Source: an uncultured Alphaproteobacteria bacterium (GTDB taxonomy: Bacteria; Pseudomonadota; Alphaproteobacteria; Rickettsiales; UBA1997). Taken from it: a DNA stretch of 38,811 nt. Position 1 is the stretch's first letter. Each line of letters opens with the position of its first letter. Position numbers and translations under genes: made by a program. The notes under the pieces were generated by a model. The model was not told the origin of the DNA and made no database searches. It saw nothing but the letters and a program-made list of their open reading frames with translations. The DNA is taken from assembly GCA_903858915.1 (NCBI GenBank), contig CAIOKL010000278.1, positions 1 through 38,811 on the forward strand, in the 5' to 3' direction. Of the stretch, positions 27,601 through 36,600 are shown piece by piece.

Positions 27601-30600
27601 AAAGGCAATGTTGTTGAAAACGCATCTTGCCGTTCGCCTTATTCTAAATTAATTTTCGCTAATAAATGTATTGGAAAAACTAATTGCTCCGTGGGTTTGT
27701 CTGATTTTACAAATTACGATAGTACCAACACTTGCAACCAAACAAATCCTGGCAATGGAGTAAATGGTGAACAAAATGACACGGTTATTAGCTATGGTTC
27801 GGGCGGTGGCGGTGGCGGTGGCAATAATGCGGGAGCTGGAGGCGCTCCAACGAGTTCAATAAATATAAACGGCATTTCGGGAAGTTCATATTACGATAAA
27901 GCATTTCATGTAACTCCGCCAATTCTATCAAATGCGTTAAATAATGGTGTCAAAGTTGATTTAAAAGTGGCTGATACCGGTCAATTCATCGGCAAAAATG
28001 GTTCGGTTAAAATTATCGAATCAACAACTTCTAGTTTCTCAGCCCCGAGAGAATCTAATTACACTTCACCAGGAGAGAATACTCACACCGTTACAGCGGG
28101 TAGTTCTGGACAAAATATTTATATCAAATATGAAATGAGTGGCGCGGGTGGCGGTGGTGGCGGACCAGGTTTGAATCAAGGAACTGACGGCGCCAGCGGA
28201 ACAAAAATGACCAATGGAGTTTTTGTGGTTAAAAATGGCACTATTTTAAAAATTTATGTCGGCGGTGGCGGTGGCGCTGGTAAAACTAAGTGCATTACTC
28301 CGTCAGGGGGTGGAGCGTTTTTAGATCCTAAACTATTTCAACCAAATAACAATATTTTTGCTTACAAAAAACCCGAAAGCAATTTCCTAGTTAAGGCATT
28401 AAGAGGAATCGGATCGATGTTTATTTCTGAAGGTTGGGCGGCGGCTCAACTAAGTTGTTATTTTTATAATAATGTCTGGTCAGATGGATATAGTCCGATT
28501 CTTGTTAATCAACTCGTTAATACTGGCTCATACTCGGCATTAAAATTAAAATGTTATGGATCTTTATCATTTTGTATATGTAGCACCTTTACATGTTTAA
28601 ATAATATAGAAAATACAACAACTTATAATACACAAATAGATCCAAGCGATACACCAATATCGTTGAGATGCAAAGATGGTTATAGAAATAATGGAGAAGG
28701 ACCAAAACTTACTTGCAAAAGAAATTTAACCAATCCTTCGATAAAAGATGAAATCCCAACTGGGAGTTGCATCGCAAATGAATGTTATCTTGATTCATGG
28801 ACGGGATTTAGCCATGGAACTAATATCGTTGAAGGAGCTGGTGCTCTCAATTGTAGTCCCGGCTATACCGCTAGTACTTCACCGGCACCTGGTTATTATT
28901 GCGGAGCTGATGGTTTGAATCAAGGGATCCGTGCGACACAGGTAGGATCTTGCACTCTAAATTCTTGTACGCTTAGCGGAAGTGCATATTCTAATGCAGG
29001 AAGTGTTTCTGGATCTGGTGCAATTAATTGTAATTCTGGTTATACTGCTAGCACCTCTCCAGCGCCAACTTATGTTTGTAATACAAATAGTGGTCCCGCA
29101 ACAGTTAGTGGATCTTGCACTCCAAATTCTTGTACGCTTAGCGGAAGTGCATATTCTAATGCAGGAAGTGTTTCTGGATCTGGCGCAATTAGTTGTAATT
29201 CTGGCTATACTGCTAGCACCTCTCCATCGCCAACTTATGTTTGTAATACAAATAGTGGTCCCGCAACAGTTAGTGGATCTTGCACTCCAAATTCTTGTAC
29301 GCTTAGCGGAAATGCATTTTCTAATGCAGGAAGTGTTTCTGGATCTGGCGCAATTAGTTGTAATTCTGGCTATACTGCTAGCACCTCTCCATCGCCAAGT
29401 TACTATTGCGCAACAAATAACTCTGCCTCAGATGCTACAATTTTAGGATCTTGCACTCTAATCACTTGTTCTTCTAATGCAATTACTGGATTTTCTAGCA
29501 AAACTATAAATTACACAACAGCAGTTACCTCTGATGTTGCTTGTGATTCCGGTTATTCGGGAACGGTATCTTACGGTCCTTGCACTACTCAAGACGCATC
29601 ATTAACTGTTAATGGAACTTGCACCGCAAACCAACCATGCTCAATTCCTGCTGGAAATGGACATGGAGCGCTTGAGATTGCTCCAACTGGAAGTAGAAGT
29701 GGAAGCATTACTTGCAATGCCGGTTCTGGTTACACTGGTTTGGGCGATTTAGCTTATTCTTGCGGTTCGAGTGCTACACCAAAATATACGGGAAATTGCA
29801 ATTGCGCCGCTGGATATTCTAGAGAAGAAACAAATATAGCAAATAGCGCTTGCAATCCAATTTTTTGCATTGCGGCCATTCCACCGGGCGTGACTCAAAC
29901 AGCAGATACAATAAAAATATCAAAATTTGCAAGTTTTACTACAAATAATGTAAATTTCAATGTTATTTATTTGGATATAAGGCAATTTAATACTGAAAAT
30001 TTTAATAATGCAAATAAAATAACAAAAATTATATTAAACAATTATTTATTAAATGTTACTTTTAGAGCTTCGGATAGGTATAATGTTATGTACAATGTTT
30101 CTAATAATGCAATAGTGGATTTAATAAATTTGAGTGCTATAAAACTTAGTACTATAGATAGTGGTTATTATTATTATAATCTTTCAACGAATGATTCCAC
30201 AGCTTTTATTTTTGGTAAAAGTTTAAATTCTGGTGACACTTCTTTAAGTTGTGATAAAACTGGTTATTTAGGAAGCGTCAATTACAATTGTACAACTAGT
30301 GGATTTTTATTTGCCCTTGGAGCTGCAACGAATGCAACTGATAAGAATTCTTGCCCTTGCGATACCGCTGCTAATAATTATACTAAATTATCAGATGGGA
30401 CTTGCGCTAAAATCGAATGCACCATTAATAGTGGTACTGCGGGATTTGTAAGTGGTACTAAAATTCCTTATAACACCTCAACTTCAACAAAAAATTGCAA
30501 CGATCCGCTTTACAATAATTCTCTGACAGCAGATTTCCCAGCTTGTACTAGCATAGCAAATGTCACTCCCATTGCAAATGGAAATGGATGTCAAAAAATT

Positions 30601-33600
30601 TCTTGCTCAACCACAGGAAAAAATGTAAATGTAACGGATAATACAATATATAGAAAAATTAACTCCGCGGGAGTTGATGAGGAGCAAACTTTAACTTGCG
30701 ACACTGGTTATTCAAATGGAGCATCCACGACAATAAGCGCTAAATGTTTAGCAAATATGGTTAATGGCGTTCCTACTACAGGTGCTTTAAGCAATATTGT
30801 TGGAACTTGCTCCGCAATTACTTGCACTGCGCCTCTGGCGAATGGTTATTCAGCTAAAACTGGCTTACCTTATACCGCCTTAATTGGAGCTGGGACAATA
30901 TCATGCGATACAGCCGGTTATAGCGGAAATGCCAATTACACTTGTCAAACTAAAGATGCCGATGTAACCATTACCAAAACTTGCGATTGCGCCACGGGTT
31001 ATGCTAAAAATGGAAGCGGAGTTTGCGTTAAACCATGTACAATTTCTGATGGAAATGGTTATTTAGGAAAAACAATTAATGCTACAGATTCTAGAACAGG
31101 AACTATTACTTGTGGTGGCACTGGTTATTTTACCACTTCGTTTGTCAACTATTCTTGTGATGATGCCGGAACGCCTACAATAGGTGGAAGTTGCACTTGT
31201 GCTTCTGGCTACGCTAATACCTCCTCTGATAGTGCTTGTAAGGCAATTAAATGTCAAACTAGTGCAACCGGATTTAAGGCGAACACCGAAATTTCTTATA
31301 GTACTTCGGTGGCAAATTACTTTTGTAATGATCCGCTGTATAATAATACCGTAACCACAGCTTTCCCAGCTTGCACTGTTCAAGGAAATTTCCTTTCAGC
31401 AATAGCAACAGATAATTATTGCCTTGCAAATAAAATTTCTTGTTCAACCGCAGGAAAAAATGTAAATGTAGCGGATGATAAAATATATAGAATAATTGAC
31501 GCCACGGGAGTTGATCAAGCGCAATCTTTACTTTGCGCTACGGGTTATTCGAATTCGGGAAGTGCAAATATATCAGCTACATGTATTCCGGAAATGTTTG
31601 ATAGAGGTGGAGTATTAGTTCCGAAAACAGGATCTTTAGCTGTTACTGGCACTTGTAATCTAATTACTTGTTCTGCGCCTCCAATCACAACAGGAATCTC
31701 AAAAAACAAAGGTTACAATCCGCTTAGTTACACGGCGTTACCATATTCAGCGGGAGAAAATAATTCAACAATTGCTTGTTCGGGACCAAATTATAAAGGA
31801 TATGCCGGCTATACTTGTACGGCCTACAATTCATTTGCAACGATTACCTCAAAATGTGCTTGTGGTGATGGTTATTCTGAAAATTCTTACGGAGATTGCG
31901 TTGCAATTGTTTGTTATGCTGATGCTGCCAAAGGATATTTAGCAAAAACCGGCTTAAATTATTCTACAGGATCTGGAACAATTGCTTGTGATCAGACTGG
32001 TTATGGTGGAACTGTTAATTATACTTGTACAGCTAATGGTAAAGTTGGTAGCGTTGAAGTTTGCGGTTGTGCCACTGGTTATGCTAAAGATGCAAACAAA
32101 GATTGCGTTAGAATTACTTGTGATATTCCTGCCGGCAATGGATTTAATGCCGGCAAAATTGAATATACAACAACTCAGTTAAATTATTCTTGTAACGCGA
32201 CAGGTTATCGAACCGATACAACCGCTCTTTTTTCTTGTTCAGATAATGGTGTTAGTACAACGGGGAAACTTGGGACAGGACTTAATTCTTGTCTAAGATT
32301 AACTTGCGATATAGATCGGGGCAATGGGTATTCGGCAAAAAGTGGTTTGTATTATTCTACAACAACTAATGGTTATATAGCATCAAATGGCATATATTCT
32401 TCTACAGGAACTGGAACGATCGCTTGCGATCAAACTGGTTATAGCACTGGAACGATTAGATATATTTGTGAAACTCATGGTCATAAGGCAACTATAGTTA
32501 GTGGTGATTCTTGTGCTTGCGCTCCAAATTATTATAAAGATACATATGGCGCTTGCGTTCCGATGACTTGTACTTCAGACACTGATCCGGTGGTGATAGA
32601 AAAAACAGGAGCGATAGAAACAAAAGATTTGCCAATAACAACAAATGGAACGATAGCTTGCGAAACGACTGCTCACACAGGAACCGCAACTTATACTTGT
32701 TCAGAAGATACAACGCGAACACCTCGTGTTGCGAAAGGAATTTTTACAATTGTCACTCCTTGCGCTTGCAAAACTGGTTATGAAGAGAAAGAGGCTGTTT
32801 GTACGAAAATAAATTGCGGAATATTGGCTTCCACCAGTCCAGGATTTGTAGATACGACAGCTCCTTATAGCGCCATCAAAGTAAATTATTTCTGTAACAA
32901 TCCATTGTATGATAACACTGTTTCTGTTGAATTTCCAGCTTGCACAACTTCTGCAGGAATTAATTATACGCCGAATACTGCAACTTCGCCAGCGACTAAT
33001 GTTTGTAAAAAAATTAGTTGTACAATTCCCGCAGATTATCATGTAACACAAACTTCAATATTCGCTAGCGCTTCTAGTGAAAATTTAATATGCGCTACAG
33101 GTTATTCAAATGGATCATCCACAACAATAAGCGTTAACTGCTCGACGGTAAACGCTCAAAGAACTAATTATGATTTAACAATAAGTAGTGTTCCGAAATC
33201 GGGATCTTTAAATAATAAAAATGGGAGTTGCGCTCGATTAGCTTGCACTGTTCCAGCTGGTTCAAATACAACAAAAGACGGAACCTTGGTAGATTTTACG
33301 GGAGATACCACAACCTCTTTAAATTGCATTACTGGCTATGCCGGATCCCCAACTTATACTTGCAAAGGAACTACTACTGCAGTTTATGCGTCCTCCGGAA
33401 CTCCTTGCGCAAAAATTACTTGCACCGTTCCAACTGGAATTACTGGATTTGATTCTGGTACAACTGGTATAGAATTCGGAACTTTTGATTATTATTGCAA
33501 TACCGAAGGTTTTCAAACTTCCACCAAAGCAAATTTTTCTTGCACTGCTAATTCCACTAATCCAACAACAAGCACTGTAGGTACATTTTCTCAAATCTCC

Positions 33601-36600
33601 AACAGTTGCGCAAGAATTACTTGTTCAGCTGATGCTAACAAAGGTTATTCAGCTAAAACTAACTTACCTTATGCCAAAGATGTACTCGGAACAATTGCTT
33701 GCGCAACGCCTAATTATCAAGGAAATGCAAATTATACCTGCACAACTCATGGCGTAACTGCAACAATCACCTCGGCTTGTCAATGTGGAACGGGCTATGA
33801 AAGAAACGCCTACAATTATTGCGTTCCAATTACTTGTAACATTCCAGCTGGAACGGGTTATACAGCTCACTATAGTTTGGATTATACCGGAGCGGGCGTT
33901 TCACGGGATTTTGATTGTGATACCGAAGGTTATTACGGAAAAGTTTCTTATATATGTCCGGGCGGTGGCGTGCGGGCTACTTATACCGATACTTGCACAA
34001 GAGTAAAATGTAATTTACCGCTTAGCGCCAATTCAAACATCGTACCTACAATGGTAAGTGGAAGTGAATATAGAGAAGTTGATTATTCCGCGACTCCTAG
34101 AGAATACACTTGCGGAAGTGGTTTTAGAAAAACACTTGATCTTAATTATGCACAATTAAATCCTACTTACACATGCGTTAAAAATACTAATCTGGCGCAA
34201 CAAAGTAATCCTTCGACGGTTGCTGTTCAAAATGCTTGCGTTGAAATTACTTGTACCGATCCATACACCAATATTACTTATTCATTTAATGGCGGGCAAC
34301 CTCAAATATTTCCTTGCGATACTTCGCGAGGTCTTTGGGGTGAGTCGGAATTAAACTGTAACGAAGCCGGAATTGTTACTAAGACTAAATCCTGTTATAC
34401 GGTGAAATGTTTAATTCCAGCCGATAAAAACACTTCCAGAGACGGAGCTCTTGTTGATTTTTCGGTTGATTTTTTTGGGCTAGATTGCAAACAAGGTTTT
34501 TATTATGAAAACGCAACTAGACCTAAATATAAATGCATTTACACAGCTAATGAAGCCGTTGTAAATCGTGGAGCGTTGACTTTCGAGGGAACTTGTCAAA
34601 GAATTACTTGTACAATACCGACGGAAGGAATTAACTCATTAAATTCAGTTCTCGATAGCACCAGCGTTAATTGGAATGGCGCTGATTACATTACTACAAG
34701 CTGTAGAGAAGGATTCTATCAATCGAATCTAGCGTTACCTCCTAAATATTCATGTTCGGGAGCTAATCCAATTGGCGAATTGAGAGTCATGAATCCTTGC
34801 GCGCCAGTAACTTGTGATCTTCCTGAGCGCTTTGGAATGTTAGCAAAAACTAATTTAGAATATGGTCAAGGAAAGACTACTAGCTGTAACAAATCAGGGT
34901 ATTTTGGAACCGTTACATATAATTGCGTCACCCCAATTACTTTAGGAAAAGGAGTGACATCGGTGGCCTCCTCAACTTGCGTAGAAGCGTCTTGTGTCGC
35001 AAGTGGAAATGTCGTTGCCACATTTAACACCTTCGTAAGTTCTGGATCAGGTGGAGCGGGTGGAATTGGTGGAAAAATTAGCGACCCAATTGCATTTTTA
35101 AGAGGTGGAAATGGTGGAAATTCAACAACTTCGCGCACCTCTGGTTCGGGCGGTGGCGGTGGTTCAGCTTCAATGATTTCGATCGAAAATAGAATTATCG
35201 CTATAGCTGGCGGTGGCGGTGGCGGAGCTGGTGGCGGTGGAGTTGAAAATGCTACAAACGCTTTAACGAAAATTAGTAATACCGAAGATTTAAATGTCAG
35301 ATTAATTGCCAATGTTTTTGGACCTTATTTTATTGGCGAGATGCAATATTCTCCAATCAACATTACGCCTCAAAAAACTACCGGAATTTTATATAATCAA
35401 GCCTCATATCCAGATCCTTTTTCATTAACAATTCCAGGCGGAACCTTCATTAATGATATTTTCTTTGCTTCATACGGAAGTCCAACAATAGATTTTACAG
35501 CTCCCGAATCTTTGATTTTGAAATATGGAACTTGTAATGATTCAAGTTCGTTAACGCAATCAATCAATCAATGTAGCGGTAAATCATCCTGCATAATCAA
35601 TACTAATTCATTTTCTAGATGCCAATCTGAAGCTTCTAAAAAATTTGGTTTAGTTGCATCTTATTATTATCAAGAGCCAACTCTTCAAGTGATAAACTCA
35701 GCGGGACTTCCTGCTTATAGTTTAAAAGAACGCTACAATAATCAAACTATTCCAGCAACTAATATGAGCAATGGTCAAGTTTATACTTTCTTATTAAACA
35801 AAGAAGATAATATTTGGTTCAAATATCCTTATTTAGCCGATGAATATTTAATCTCAGAAGCTGTTTCTGGTAACAAAATTAAAATTAAATTTCATAGAAC
35901 AAACACCACCTTTTCTCCAAGATTAAAAATTAACGGAATATCTTCTACAATTTCAAAACTAGATGAATCGGGACAGCCTATTTCTCTAAGCGTTGGTTAT
36001 ATTAATCCTACTAAAATTTATATTTTAACTAAATATTCAGATAGGTGGATAATAAGAGAATATATCTCTCAAGAAGTTGCTGGAGCATTGCCGAGTGGAG
36101 AGCGGGTTCCTCCTAGTAGAAGCTGTATGACAAACAAAATCTCTTCGACCGGGGCTGTTAATGTAATGTGGAGTTTACCAAATTCTTCTTGTATAAACAG
36201 ATGTCCAGGATATAACATGAGGGATAACATTGGTGATGATAGAATTGGGGTTGGAGCAACAAAGCATTCAACTTCAGCGGGTGAAGGTATAGTTTATTGG
36301 AGTGATACATTGCCAAACAATTGGAGTTATAAGAAATTTAAATCGAATGTATCCAGTTCTGACGCTAACGGTAGGAAGGTTTTTCAAGAAACTGAAGATA
36401 CTCTTACTCCTTTGAATTTCAGGGAAAATCGTTCGGGACCATATTTTGCATTAGCTAGATTCTGTAATGGAGATGGGTCTTGGAATGCGCCAATTCCACT
36501 TTGTGTTTACAATAATGCAAATTCTACTAATTCTGCCATTACTCCCGTATTGAATGGAACCTCTTATATTTCGGGAGAAAGTCAATCATATCTAAAAGTT

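Larger units (their letters stand above)
28594..34995 (+). repeat. Array of about 30 four-cysteine Sushi/CCP-like modules with interspersed EGF-type CxCxxGY hairpins
   Basis: Manual parsing gives repeating units of 55-75 aa of the form (I/L)TC-x(1,2)-P-x-G-x-G(Y/F)...C-x-x-G-Y...Y-x-C...C. Nine CxC hairpin linkers separate some units. Confidence 0.7.

Noticed and set aside
27796-28320. Glycine runs as RTX (T1SS) calcium-binding repeats or as collagen-like / PE-PGRS-like sequence
   Set aside because: There are no tandem GGxGxDxUx nonapeptides and no G-X-Y triplet periodicity. The Gly runs are isolated homopolymers separated by beta-strand-like segments, which fits glycine-rich-domain proteins better.
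28945-29439. Regularly spaced direct repeats that could suggest a CRISPR-like array
   Set aside because: The units are contiguous with no unique spacers. The period is 165 nt, in frame, and the repeats encode a conserved protein module. No cas genes are present.
28982-29446. 154-aa plus-strand ORF with its own internal repetition (…LVILLAPLQRQLMFVIQIVVPQQLV…)
   Set aside because: It is an out-of-frame reading of the 3 x 165-nt tandem repeat inside the giant gene. Its repetition simply mirrors the DNA repeat, and the main frame is continuous and carries the conserved Cys pattern.
23719-34006. Many 60-116-aa ORFs on both strands within the giant gene (for example 23719..23904, 24034..24294, 24056..24343, 31063..31383, 32701..33051, 33319..33594)
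   Set aside because: They are short, have odd composition and no motifs, and are all nested in a 16-kb frame with strong periodic coding structure. They are typical shadow ORFs.
34866-35312. 148-aa minus-strand ORF with striking polyproline runs (PPPAPPPPPPA, PPPPPEPE)
   Set aside because: It is the antisense shadow of the GGN-rich polyglycine domain 2 (CCN is the complement of GGN), and it sits entirely inside the giant ORF.
26700-36065. Possible duplicated Cys-free domain: PAYLSV...YKFLIKDSD...KVYVVEISAGSWKII (about 26700-26850) versus PAYSL...YTFLLNKED...KIYILTKYSDRWII (about 35700-36065)
   Set aside because: Three short collinear matches exist, but the spacing between them differs several-fold (about 50 vs about 113 aa). 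Homology is not supported without a profile alignment.
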